A stretch of DNA of 64,000 bases from the NCBI GenBank assembly GCA_035559235.1, contig DATMBM010000010.1:20257-84256 (forward strand), in the 5' to 3' direction. Below are positions 9,367 through 18,656 of this stretch, one piece after another (position 1 is the stretch's first letter; every line of letters starts with the position of its first letter). This stretch comes from Minisyncoccota bacterium (GTDB lineage: Bacteria > Patescibacteriota > Minisyncoccia > Phycocordibacterales > UBA2100). Made by a program: the position numbers and the translations under genes. The notes below the pieces were generated by a model that was not told where the DNA came from, searched no databases, and saw nothing but the letters and a program-made list of their open reading frames with translations.

Positions 9367-11025
9367 ATGGCTCCTCGGCGTGCGCGGAAGAACAGCCATA
9401 AGTACATCTTCGTCATCGGAGGTGTGATGTCGGGCGTCGGCAAGGGCATCGCCACGGCAAGTATCGGGAAAATCCTCGCGGCGCGCGGACTCTCCGTCAA
9501 TCTCGTGAAGATCGATCCGTATCTCAACGTGGATGCGGGCACCATGAACCCCACCGAACACGGTGAGGTTTTCGTTTTGGATAGCGGCCTCGAGACCGAT
9601 CAGGACATGGGCAACTACGAACGCTTTTTGAACCGCGACCTGGGGCCGGAGGACTACATGACGTCAGGCATGATCTATAAATCGGTCATCGAACGCGAGC
9701 GCAATCTCGAATACGGAGGGAAATGCGTGGAGGCGGTGCCGCATGTTCGCGATGAAATAGTGAACCGCCTCAAAAAATCCGCACGGCTCGCGCAGTCCGA
9801 CGTCACCGTCGTCGAAATCGGCGGTACCCTGGGTGATTTTTCGAATGCACTCTTTATCGATGCCGCCCGCGTCATCCATCTCCAAAATCCTGCAGACGCT
9901 CTTTTCGTGATGGTCTCGTACATGCCGATTCCCGGAACGATCGGAGAGATGAAGACAAAGCCGACGCAGAATGCCGTTCGACAATTGAACGGATACGGCG
10001 TGCAGCCAGATATATTGATTGCGCGCGCGGCTGTCCCGCTTGACCAGAAGCGCAAGGAGAAACTCTCCGTCCAAGTGAACATCCCCGCTGAGCACATCAT
10101 TTCGGCTCCCGATGTCGACTCGATCTACGACGTGCCGATCAATTTCGAGCGCGACCACCTTTCGGACATCCTGCTCCGCGCGCTCGGCAAGCGCGTGACG
10201 CAGGGAAGCGAGATGAACGAATGGAAGAAATTTGCCGAGCACGCGCACAACGGGCGCAAGACGGTGAAAATCGGCATTGTCGGCAAGTATTTTGATACCG
10301 GCGATTTCGTCCTCTCGGACGCGTATCTCTCGGTGATCGAAGCGATCAAGTTTTCCGCCTACGAGGCCGGGGTGAAGCCGCAGATCAGCTGGTTGAATGC
10401 GAAAGACTACGAGAAAGATCCGGCGAAAGTGAAGGAACTGAAAGAATACGACGGCGTCATCGTGCCGGGCGGTTTCGGGGAGACGGGAATCGAAGGAAAG
10501 ATCGCCGCGATCAAATTTGCGCGCGAAAACAAGATCCCCTATTTCGGCCTCTGCTACGGGATGCAGCTCATGACGGTGGAATTTGCGCGTAATGTCGCCG
10601 GTCTGAAGGGCGCGCACACGACTGAAATCAATCCGAAAACGCCGCATCCGGTCATCATGATTTTACCCGAACAGGTTGAGAGGATGGCAAAGAAAGACTA
10701 TGGCGGCACGATGCGTCTCGGGGCGTATCCGTGCGTTCTCAAGGACGGGACGGTGGCTCGCGCAGCGTACGGCAAAAAGGAAGTGTCCGAGCGTCACCGC
10801 CACCGTTTTGAGGTGAACCCAGATTATATCGAACGGCTTGAGGACGCGGGATTGGTGTTTTCAGGGCAATCGCCCGACCGGCGGCTCATGGAAATCGCCG
10901 AACTGCCGAAATCTATGCATCCGTTCATGCTTGGCACCCAATTCCACCCGGAATTGCGCGCACGGCCGCTTGAGCCGCATCCTTTGTTTGACGCCTTTCT
11001 GCATGCGTCGATTGGCGGGAAATAA
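9367..11025 (+). CDS. pyrG: CTP synthase
   Basis: GGVMSGVGKG, DPYLNVDAGTMNP, KTKPTQ, GLCYGMQ, RHRHRFE, QFHPE. Confidence 0.97.
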   Translation: MAPRRARKNSHKYIFVIGGVMSGVGKGIATASIGKILAARGLSVNLVKIDPYLNVDAGTMNPTEHGEVFVLDSGLETDQDMGNYERFLNRDLGPEDYMTSGMIYKSVIERERNLEYGGKCVEAVPHVRDEIVNRLKKSARLAQSDVTVVEIGGTLGDFSNALFIDAARVIHLQNPADALFVMVSYMPIPGTIGEMKTKPTQNAVRQLNGYGVQPDILIARAAVPLDQKRKEKLSVQVNIPAEHIISAPDVDSIYDVPINFERDHLSDILLRALGKRVTQGSEMNEWKKFAEHAHNGRKTVKIGIVGKYFDTGDFVLSDAYLSVIEAIKFSAYEAGVKPQISWLNAKDYEKDPAKVKELKEYDGVIVPGGFGETGIEGKIAAIKFARENKIPYFGLCYGMQLMTVEFARNVAGLKGAHTTEINPKTPHPVIMILPEQVERMAKKDYGGTMRLGAYPCVLKDGTVARAAYGKKEVSERHRHRFEVNPDYIERLEDAGLVFSGQSPDRRLMEIAELPKSMHPFMLGTQFHPELRARPLEPHPLFDAFLHASIGGK

Positions 11026-11032
11026 TCGCTCG

Positions 11033-11206
11033 CTAGATGGACGTCACGATCGCGCCGACTGTTGAAACGGCAAGCGCGATGATCGCGGCAATGAAGTACT
11101 CAAGATGGTCTCCCCATGAGACGAGGACCGCAAGTGCGCTCGCAAGCGTACCGCCGACCGATGCGATCCACAGGAACGAGAACAGGAGACGGAGGTTTTC
11201 GATCAT
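11033..11206 (-). CDS. Small two-TM membrane protein (57 aa, below the ORF-track cutoff)
   Basis: Translated by hand: MIENLRLLFSFLWIASVGGTLASALAVLVSWGDHLEYFIAAIIALAVSTVGAIVTSI; fills the gap between pyrG and the CapA-family gene. Confidence 0.55.
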   Translation of the reverse strand: MIENLRLLFSFLWIASVGGTLASALAVLVSWGDHLEYFIAAIIALAVSTVGAIVTSI

Positions 11207-11249
11207 GTCGCCTATTGTGTGCCATTTTCCACCGGTGCGCTAGAGTAGT

Positions 11250-12179
11250 GTGGTGACGATACTGGGGGCATTCATCGTTGCCGTTGCGGCGTGGCTCATG
11301 CCGTTCTTTGCGGACGCGCCGGTAGTGCACCTCCTTCTTCCTGCGCGGGAGGAGCCGCTCAATGCGACGGTTCTCTTCGCGGGCGACATGATGTTCGATC
11401 GCACAATTCGCGCTGCGATGGCAGAAAAGGGGAGTGACCATGTTTTCTCGTGCATTGCGCCGGAGTTGCGGGACGCCGACCTGGTTGTCGCGAATCTTGA
11501 AGGCCCGGTAACGACCCACGATTCAATGAGTCTCGGAAGCGAGATCGGTTCGCTCGAGAACATGACTTTCACGTTTCCCACGACAACCGCGCACCTCCTC
11601 GCACGCTACAACATTCGAGTCGTCTCACTCGCGAACAATCACATCATGAATTTCGGGGACGACGGCCTCATGCAGACGAAGCGATGGCTCGCGGAGGCCG
11701 GTGTCCAGTACTTTGGCGCTCCCGATGATGTCGACCGAACCGCACGTGTCGATATCAAGGGAATTCCGTTTTCATTTATCGGCTGGAGCGATTGGGATAG
11801 CACGACGAAGGACGAAACCCTCGCGCAGATTCGTACGGAGCGAGCGCTTGGCCGCATCGTCGTTGTTTTTGCGCATTGGGGCGAGGAGTATGAGCCGCCG
11901 CCCGAGCGCGTGCGGGCGCTCGGGCGGCACTTTGTCGACGCAGGCGCAACGCTTGTTGTCGGCGCGCATCCCCACATCGTGCAGGAGCACGAAGTATACA
12001 ACGGCACGTATATCTTTTATTCGCTCGGCAATTTCGTGTTCGACCAGTATTGGAATGAAGATGTGCGCACCGGGCTTCTCGTGCGCGCGACATTTAACAA
12101 GTATGGCGTCACGGCAATCGACAGTCTGCCGATCGAACTCGGTCGCGACCGAAGAACGTGCCTCAAAGAAATTGAATAG
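11250..12179 (+). CDS. CapA family metallophosphatase
   Basis: FAGDMM, NLEGP, LANNH, HWG.EY, GAHPH, YSLGNFVFDQ. Confidence 0.9.
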   Translation: MVTILGAFIVAVAAWLMPFFADAPVVHLLLPAREEPLNATVLFAGDMMFDRTIRAAMAEKGSDHVFSCIAPELRDADLVVANLEGPVTTHDSMSLGSEIGSLENMTFTFPTTTAHLLARYNIRVVSLANNHIMNFGDDGLMQTKRWLAEAGVQYFGAPDDVDRTARVDIKGIPFSFIGWSDWDSTTKDETLAQIRTERALGRIVVVFAHWGEEYEPPPERVRALGRHFVDAGATLVVGAHPHIVQEHEVYNGTYIFYSLGNFVFDQYWNEDVRTGLLVRATFNKYGVTAIDSLPIELGRDRRTCLKEIE

Positions 12180-12206
12180 AGGGCCGTTTTCAGCTATCCT
12201 GTGCGC

Positions 12207-12264
12207 AACTGCCGGATCGCCCGTCTCGCTGAGGCGAGCCGAGGCGGATCTAATGGTAGGACAT
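12207..12264 (+). repeat. Duplicated 5' end of tRNA-Gln, interrupted by a 29-nt palindromic insert (12220-12248)
   Basis: AACTGCCGGATCG plus TCTAATGGTAGGACAT is identical to 12507-12535 once the insert is removed. Confidence 0.9.
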
Positions 12265-12508
12265 GTATTTCGTCTACGTGCTAAAATCCGAACGCTCTCG
12301 AAAATCATACGTCGGTCATACCGACAATCTTGAGAAACGGTTGCTGGAGCACAACTTTGGCAAGAATACATCGACGAAACCATTTGCGCCGTGGGTGCGC
12401 GTGTATCACGAGGAATACAAAAGTCGAGAGGCGGCGGTGAAAAGAGAGAAATATTTGAAAAGTCGCGGCGATAGAAGATTCTTTAAAAACGTGGTATTTA
12501 GTACATAA
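12263..12508 (+). CDS. Stand-alone GIY-YIG nuclease family protein
   Basis: YFVYVL...SYVGHT..LEKRLLEHN...AVKREKYLKS. Confidence 0.9.
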   Translation: MYFVYVLKSERSRKSYVGHTDNLEKRLLEHNFGKNTSTKPFAPWVRVYHEEYKSREAAVKREKYLKSRGDRRFFKNVVFST

Positions 12509-12509
12509 C

Positions 12510-12583
12510 TGCCGGATCGTCTAATGGTAGGACATCGCCCTCTGGAGGCGAGTATCTTGGTTCGAGTCCAAGTCCGGCAACCA
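12510..12583 (+). tRNA. tRNA-Gln (CTG)
   Basis: TGCCGGA/TCCGGCA acceptor, TCGCC-CTCTGGA-GGCGA anticodon arm, TTCGAGT T loop, encoded CCA. Confidence 0.95.
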
Positions 12584-12660
12584 CCATATGCTAAGTCAGG
12601 TGACTGACACGCATAGGCATCTATTCTGAAAATGGCATACCTGCTGAGAGCAGTATCCAG

Positions 12661-12692
12661 AACAAAAATCGCCCCGAAGGGCGATTTTTGTT
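12661..12692. terminator. Intrinsic terminator downstream of tRNA-Gln, possibly bidirectional
   Basis: AACAAAAATCGCCC-CGAA-GGGCGATTTTTGTT perfect inverted repeat. Confidence 0.8.
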
Positions 12693-12704
12693 AGGATGAA
12701 AATC

Positions 12705-13640
12705 ATGAAGAGTTATTACCGCGTGATGCTCGGTCGAAAGAGCGCCTACGCAGATGAGGCCTATAAAGGTAATTTCATTGCGGCCGGATTCATAAAAGAT
12801 AAAGATTTGACCGATCACTTGGTGGAGAATTGGCGGGACTTCAACCGCGAATTTGTACCTCTGTTTATTGAGCAGAATCCTGAGAAAACGAAAATCTCCG
12901 CAGGGCTCGCCTGCGGCATGTTGTGGACGGTTGCCAAGGGTATGCAGATTGGCGACATTGCTTTGTGTCCAGATGGTAAAGGTAACTACTATGTCGGCGA
13001 AGTGACCGGGAATTACGAGTATCACAAAGGAGAACCACTCCCACACCGACGCCCCGTTCGGTGGTTTACAAAAACCATTGCACGCGAAGAGATGAGTGAA
13101 GCGCTCCGGAATTCAACAGGTTCGATCGCTACCGTGAGCAACGTAACAAAGTATGCAAGTGAAATTGAAACGCTCCTTTCCGGAAACGCACCACTCACTA
13201 TCACCACTACCGATGAGACCATAGAAGACCCAACTATTTTTGGACTCGAAAAACACCTCGAAGATTTCCTGGTCTCAAATTGGAAGTCAACCGAGCTCGG
13301 GAAAAACTACGATATCTATGAGGAGGACGATGAAATAGTTGGACAACAATACCCAAGTGACACTGGCCCTATAGACATTCTTGCTATCAGTAAAGATAAG
13401 AAAACGATCCTTGTTGTCGAACTCAAAAAAGGACGTGTGAGCGACGTGGTCGTCGGCCAGTGCCAACGATACATGGGCTACGTGAAGGAAGAGCTTGCAG
13501 AAGATAACCAGGAAGTGCGGGGAGTCATCATTGGGTTTGAAGATGATGTTCGCATCCGCCGTGCGCTCTCGGTCACGAATAACATTGATTTCTATACGTA
13601 TAAGGTCAGCTTCAAGCTCGAGAAAATGAATGGGAAGTAG
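12705..13640 (+). CDS. NucS/DUF91-like PD-(D/E)xK endonuclease with an N-terminal domain; putative type IV restriction enzyme
   Basis: LEKHLEDFL, GQQY..DTGPIDILA, VVELKKG, VVGQ..RYMG. Confidence 0.8.
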   Translation: MKSYYRVMLGRKSAYADEAYKGNFIAAGFIKDKDLTDHLVENWRDFNREFVPLFIEQNPEKTKISAGLACGMLWTVAKGMQIGDIALCPDGKGNYYVGEVTGNYEYHKGEPLPHRRPVRWFTKTIAREEMSEALRNSTGSIATVSNVTKYASEIETLLSGNAPLTITTTDETIEDPTIFGLEKHLEDFLVSNWKSTELGKNYDIYEEDDEIVGQQYPSDTGPIDILAISKDKKTILVVELKKGRVSDVVVGQCQRYMGYVKEELAEDNQEVRGVIIGFEDDVRIRRALSVTNNIDFYTYKVSFKLEKMNGK

Positions 13641-14085
13641 GACACATATGCAATTCGAATATCCCGAAGATCGGGAATTCTTCGCCAATCTTCTTACCGA
13701 TGGAGATCAGAAGAAGCTCTCGAAATTTAAAGACTACTTTGATTTCAGATCACCCAAAGTAAAACGTGAGGAGTATAACCTCATGCGTGACGCGCTATTC
13801 CAAAAAATCATTAAACGTGACGGATATGTCTGTAGACTTACCATTTCCCCGAGATGTTTGCGCGACCGCGAATTGCAAATTGACCACGTCATCCCGCTCT
13901 CTACCAACATAATCAACAAAACCACCCGTCGAATGAAGGCCCTGCCAGGAAAGAAGGTTGCCGCACAGAGCTTTGGCTCAAATTATCTAGGGAACCTCAT
14001 ATTTGCCTGTCGAGAGTGCAACAGAGAGAAATGGCACCGCTTCTTGGATCGGGAGACCCTGCAGAGGGTACTCAAGAGCATATAG
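13630..14085 (+). CDS. HNH endonuclease
   Basis: RDGYVC...C...IDHVIP...GNL..ACRECNREK. Confidence 0.85.
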   Translation: MGSRTHMQFEYPEDREFFANLLTDGDQKKLSKFKDYFDFRSPKVKREEYNLMRDALFQKIIKRDGYVCRLTISPRCLRDRELQIDHVIPLSTNIINKTTRRMKALPGKKVAAQSFGSNYLGNLIFACRECNREKWHRFLDRETLQRVLKSI

Positions 14086-14095
14086 CCAGGGACGC

Positions 14096-14124
14096 TTGAC
14101 AGGGGGGTTTACATTTGATAACCT
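14096..14124 (+). promoter_or_regulatory. Sigma70-type promoter of the hsd operon, probably leaderless
   Basis: TTGACA, 17-nt spacer, TAACCT, then 6 nt to ATG 14131. Confidence 0.7.
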
Positions 14125-14130
14125 TTCCCT

Positions 14131-15924
14131 ATGAAGAAACAGGACTATATCACTACGGCTGACCTGGCAAAGATGCTCGGGGTAAGCCGCGTCTCAGCTC
14201 TCAAGTGGATGAAGAAAGCAGAAAAAGAGCAAGGAATAAAGCTTGTAGAGCTTGGCAGGGGCTTTGTGATAGAGAAGGACTCCCTTCCCAAAGAGCTCAA
14301 GGAGCGGCTTGGAAAGGAGCGCAAGGAGGCCACAGAGAAGGCCATTCGCATAGGCACAAGCCATCATAAGGATATTGATTTCGAGAAAGAGCTTTGGAAC
14401 GCAGCTGATAAGCTCCGGGGAAATATAGACGCGTCCGAGTACAAGCACGTTGTTCTCGGGCTTCTCTTTTTAAAGTATGTCTCTGACGCTTTCTACATGC
14501 GACGTGCGGAGCTGGAACAACGGCTCGCTGATCCAAAGGATAAAGAATTCTATATTGCGGATGCGAAAAGCCGCTCGGTGATTTTGGAGAATCGCGATTC
14601 CTACCGCAGTGCCGGTGTCTTCTACATACCTGAAAAGGCACGATGGGAACACTTGCGTGAGCACGCATCACACTCTGACATTGGGAAATACATAGACGAC
14701 GCGATGACTGCGGTTGAGGAAGAGAACGCAAAACAGCTCAAGGGCGTCTTGCCGAAGATGTATACACGCACGCCGCTTGAGCGTCACGTACTTGGTGAAC
14801 TTGTGAATATTTTCTCTCGTATAAAGTTCAATCACGACATCGACCATGAGAAGGACATGCTCGGGCGCGTGTACGAATACTTTCTCGGACAGTTCGCTTC
14901 GGCAGAGGGCAAACGTGGTGGAGAGTTCTTCAGCCCTCGTTCGCTCGTCCGTCTTCTCATTGAAGTGTTGGAACCATACGAGAACGCACGAATTTTTGAT
15001 CCCGCGGCTGGTAGCGGCGGGATGTTCGTGCAAGCAAGCGCATTTCTGAAAGCTCGCGGCAAAGACGCCGCGCACCTCGGTGTATTTGGCCAAGAGAGCA
15101 ACACCACTACCTGGCGGCTCTGCAAGATGAACCTCGCGATTCGCGGCATCTTCGGGCAGATAGAACAGGGCAACACTTACTATGAGGACAAGTTCTCGGA
15201 CTTACGGGCAGACTTTGTGGCGGCAAATCCGCCGTTTAATGCTGAGTGGGATCCGAAGCGCTTGAGCGACAACGACCCACGCCTCAAGTACGGCACGCCA
15301 CCGTCCTCGAACGCGAACTTTATGTGGATTCAGCATTTCATTCACCATCTCGCTCCAAGCGGCATGGCGGGGTTCATTATGGCAAACGGTGCGCTTGCAG
15401 TCGGAGGTCGCGAAGGAGAGATTCGTAAAAATATTGTTGAGGCGGACCTAGTTGATGTCATCATCGCTTGTCCGCCGAAGCTCTTCTACAACGTCGCGCT
15501 TCCCGTGTCACTCTGGTTTGTGGCGAAGAACAAGAAGGGCGACCGCTTCCGTAACCGTACAGGAGAAACGCTCTTCATAGACGCGCGAGAGCAGTTTGAA
15601 CAAATCTCTCGCAAACAGGTCGTCTTTAATGACGAGCACATCAAGAAAATCACTGATGCTGTACGCGCATGGCGTGGTGAGAAAGGCGCGTCTGAGTACA
15701 AAGACATTCCCGGCTTTTGCAAAGCGGCAAAGCTAGAAGAAATCGCCAAAGCGGGCTATGTGCTCACACCAGGTCGCTATGTCGGCCTCGCCGACGAGGA
15801 GGACGATGGCGTGCCGTTTGAGGAGAAAATGCAAAAGCTCTCGGCAGAGCTCAAAGATGTGTTCAAAAAGGGCGGCGAGCTAGAAGCGCAGATCTTGGCG
15901 AATCTAAAGAAAATCAGTATATGA
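14131..15924 (+). CDS. hsdM: Type I RM methyltransferase subunit with an N-terminal HTH
   Basis: LWNAADKLRG, GEFFSP, DPAAGSGG, NPPFN; N-terminus TTADLAKMLGVSRVS. Confidence 0.93.
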   Translation: MKKQDYITTADLAKMLGVSRVSALKWMKKAEKEQGIKLVELGRGFVIEKDSLPKELKERLGKERKEATEKAIRIGTSHHKDIDFEKELWNAADKLRGNIDASEYKHVVLGLLFLKYVSDAFYMRRAELEQRLADPKDKEFYIADAKSRSVILENRDSYRSAGVFYIPEKARWEHLREHASHSDIGKYIDDAMTAVEEENAKQLKGVLPKMYTRTPLERHVLGELVNIFSRIKFNHDIDHEKDMLGRVYEYFLGQFASAEGKRGGEFFSPRSLVRLLIEVLEPYENARIFDPAAGSGGMFVQASAFLKARGKDAAHLGVFGQESNTTTWRLCKMNLAIRGIFGQIEQGNTYYEDKFSDLRADFVAANPPFNAEWDPKRLSDNDPRLKYGTPPSSNANFMWIQHFIHHLAPSGMAGFIMANGALAVGGREGEIRKNIVEADLVDVIIACPPKLFYNVALPVSLWFVAKNKKGDRFRNRTGETLFIDAREQFEQISRKQVVFNDEHIKKITDAVRAWRGEKGASEYKDIPGFCKAAKLEEIAKAGYVLTPGRYVGLADEEDDGVPFEEKMQKLSAELKDVFKKGGELEAQILANLKKISI

Positions 15925-16628
15925 GCAAGAAAGACGAATACATAAAAAGACTTGAGAGTATATTGGAAACCTACAGGGATTTCCAACGTAAAGCAAAATA
16001 TAATGACCTCAGTGATTTACCAAAAGAAGATAGAAAGTCCCTGGTGACAACTGCGCAAGCCTTCATTTTTCGGACCACGAGCGAAGAATCATTCTATGCG
16101 CGAGAATTAAAAAGAATCATTGCAGAAAAACCTGCGCTTCACTCACACACATCTGAAGTCATGGGAATAGTAGCGAGCTTGAAGAATGATCTCGAAAGCG
16201 GGGCTTTAGAGCTAGATGCAGATCAGAGGGAAAGCCTCGCTGATCCAGCTGGGGTAAATATTTTAGACCTTAAACTCAAACTTGGAGTCCTTGAATTTAT
16301 TGTAGCGGCGCTTTTTGCCCTGTGCTTTACGCTTATCTTCGCCATCATCAAAATACTCGGTCTCGAAATTTACTGGTCGGCACTGTGGCCATATCTACTA
16401 ATGTTCTTTGGCCTTGCGTTTTCTGGGATGTACATCGTACTGCCGACAATCCAGATATCTAGAAAAGTGGGCCCGAACGTAAAGGATATATACAACGAAT
16501 TTATATTAGAGTTCAGTGGAAAAAGTAAACTCGGGAAAATAAAAACAGTAGGTTCCATTCTCTTGGGTATTGCAGCGGTGATTTCGTTACTTGTGTCCCT
16601 TCTCCCTTACCTTGATAAATATTTATGA
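15921..16628 (+). CDS. Hypothetical protein: soluble helical N-domain plus about 3 TM helices
   Basis: ATGA overlaps with hsdM and hsdS; hydrophobic C-terminal half. Confidence 0.7.
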   Translation: MSKKDEYIKRLESILETYRDFQRKAKYNDLSDLPKEDRKSLVTTAQAFIFRTTSEESFYARELKRIIAEKPALHSHTSEVMGIVASLKNDLESGALELDADQRESLADPAGVNILDLKLKLGVLEFIVAALFALCFTLIFAIIKILGLEIYWSALWPYLLMFFGLAFSGMYIVLPTIQISRKVGPNVKDIYNEFILEFSGKSKLGKIKTVGSILLGIAAVISLLVSLLPYLDKYL

Positions 16629-17860
16629 CCACAAAAACCAAAACAACTTGGCGGACGGTGAGGTTGAGGGATGTTATACAGAACCCTCTTGGTGGGGACT
16701 GGGGCAAAGAATTACCTGACCCTCAATTTTCTGAAGAAGTTTACGCTATACGCGGAACTGATTTCTCGGCGTTGGAAACCGGAGACTTTTCCAAGGTAAA
16801 AACGCGCTTTATCAAAAAAACTAGCCTTGATAAGCGCCGTCTGGTTGAGGGTGACATAGTGATGGAAATTTCTGGTGGCAGTAAAGGTCAGCCGGTTGGT
16901 CGATCATTTATTATAACCTCGGGTTTGCTTACGAAGGCAGGGAAACCTCTTGTTTACTCGAATTTTTGTAGACGCCTTCGTGTATCAGACGACAATGATC
17001 CACGCTATCTTTTCTATTTCTTACAGAAGTTCTATTCTTCCCCAGAAGTACTAAGCTTCCAGACTCAATCAACTGGAATTAGTAATTTTCATTTCACCGC
17101 TTTTGTTGAGTATAAAGAGATTTTTGTGCCCAGGCTTGACGTACAGGTAGAAATTGGAAGAATTCTGGCGGCATTTGACGAGAAGATTGAGAACAACAAC
17201 CGCATCATCAAGACGCTTGAAGAAATGGCGCAGGCGATTTTTAAGAAGCAATTCGACGTTCCCGTCGATGATCTACCGGAAGGGTGGGAGGTGAAAAAAC
17301 TTGGAGAGTTAGGAAAAGTCGTCACAGGGAAAACTCCTAGTACAAAAGACAAAGAGAACTTTGGTACAGATTATCCTTTTATCACCATACCCGATCTACA
17401 GAATGGAGTATTCGTTATTAAGACAGAGAGATTTTTATCAGATCGTGGAGCGAATACTATGCGCGCCTCCAAACTCCCCGCAGGGGCAATTTGTGTGAGC
17501 TGCATCGCGACTATTGGTTTGGTGGGAATTGTTACACGAGAGAGCTTTACAAACCAGCAAATCAACAGCATTATTCCGCGCTCCAAAATTCTTCAACCTT
17601 TCATCTTCTTACTCTTGCAAAAAATGAAGGGCAGTCTTCAATCCCATGCTTCTGGAGGTACGGCTGCTCCAATCATCAGCAAAAGTGCTTTTGAGAAGAT
17701 TGAGATAGTTTTCCCAACGGAGAAAGTACTGAAGGATTTTTATGAAGTAGTAAATCCGATGTTTGACAAAGTTTTGGCAATTCTAGAAGAGAACCAAAAA
17801 CTTGCCGCTACGCGCGACCTCCTCTTGCCGCGTCTAATGAGTGGAAAAATACGAGTATGA
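16625..17860 (+). CDS. hsdS: Type I RM specificity subunit
   Basis: Two TRDs, DEKIENN...LEEMAQAIF spacer, LPEGW, RDLLLPRLMSG. Confidence 0.92.
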   Translation: MTTKTKTTWRTVRLRDVIQNPLGGDWGKELPDPQFSEEVYAIRGTDFSALETGDFSKVKTRFIKKTSLDKRRLVEGDIVMEISGGSKGQPVGRSFIITSGLLTKAGKPLVYSNFCRRLRVSDDNDPRYLFYFLQKFYSSPEVLSFQTQSTGISNFHFTAFVEYKEIFVPRLDVQVEIGRILAAFDEKIENNNRIIKTLEEMAQAIFKKQFDVPVDDLPEGWEVKKLGELGKVVTGKTPSTKDKENFGTDYPFITIPDLQNGVFVIKTERFLSDRGANTMRASKLPAGAICVSCIATIGLVGIVTRESFTNQQINSIIPRSKILQPFIFLLLQKMKGSLQSHASGGTAAPIISKSAFEKIEIVFPTEKVLKDFYEVVNPMFDKVLAILEENQKLAATRDLLLPRLMSGKIRV

Positions 17861-18585
17861 GCACTACTACAACACAACCAAAAACCCTCTACCTTTTTAT
17901 CGATGAGTCGGGTAATTTTGACTTTAGCCCGAAAGGAACAAAATACTTCTTGCTGACCGGTCTGCTGACATTTGATCCTCTCATCAAGAGAGAAAAACTA
18001 ATCGATCTTCGCTATCGCTTGTTAAGGGATGGAAAAGATCAAGAGTTTTTCCACGCAAGCGAAGACACGCAGGCAGTCCGTGATCAAGTATTCGATATTC
18101 TCGCTTCTATCGGTGAGACCTTCGAGGTTCGATCAATACTTGCCCGAAAAAATAAAACTAACCCGGCCTTATACCGCGAGTCGTACACCAAGAAAGGTCG
18201 CACTATTGAGCGGTCGACTGGGATGGGTTTGTATCGGAAATTGGCCGAGACACTTCTGCAGTATATATTCAAAGGCAAGGAAGGCACCGCCGATAACATT
18301 GTCGTTGTGCTTGGCTCACTATATGTGGGTGACAAGAAACGAGTGATCTTGCAGACACTCAAACACTTCTTAAAAACAAAATTTCCTGGGATCCCGTTTG
18401 AAATTTATTCTCACCAAACATGCGCCGATTTGAATTGCCAACTTGCGGATTACTGTTGCTGGGCGATCGCGGTAAGAGCAGAACGTGGAGAAGAAAGGCC
18501 GTACGAAGTTATCAAGAATCAGATCAAAAGCGTCTTTGATATCTTCAAAAACGGAGACCAGGAATATTACAAATATGATGAATAG
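17857..18585 (+). CDS. DUF3800 family protein (RNase H-like acidic motifs)
   Basis: YLFIDESGN at the N-terminus, FHAS, and QLADYCCWA near the C-terminus. Confidence 0.85.
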   Translation: MSTTTTQPKTLYLFIDESGNFDFSPKGTKYFLLTGLLTFDPLIKREKLIDLRYRLLRDGKDQEFFHASEDTQAVRDQVFDILASIGETFEVRSILARKNKTNPALYRESYTKKGRTIERSTGMGLYRKLAETLLQYIFKGKEGTADNIVVVLGSLYVGDKKRVILQTLKHFLKTKFPGIPFEIYSHQTCADLNCQLADYCCWAIAVRAERGEERPYEVIKNQIKSVFDIFKNGDQEYYKYDE

Positions 18586-18602
18586 AGCACATATAAAAAT
18601 GA

Positions 18603-18656
18603 CCAACCCCCCTATCCCTTGCGGGAAGAGCCCGGGGGCTCTTATTGGGGGGTTGG
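18603..18656 (+). ncRNA. Candidate DUF3800-associated structured RNA (three-way junction)
   Basis: CCAACCCCCC/GGGGGGTTGG closing stem encloses CCC-TTGC-GGG and AAGAGCC-CGGG-GGCTCTT hairpins, 17 nt after the DUF3800 stop. Confidence 0.65.

Noticed and set aside
12210-12583. Group I intron inside tRNA-Gln encoding a homing endonuclease
   Set aside because: The downstream tRNA is complete and there is no room for a ribozyme core; the layout is a duplication, not an intron
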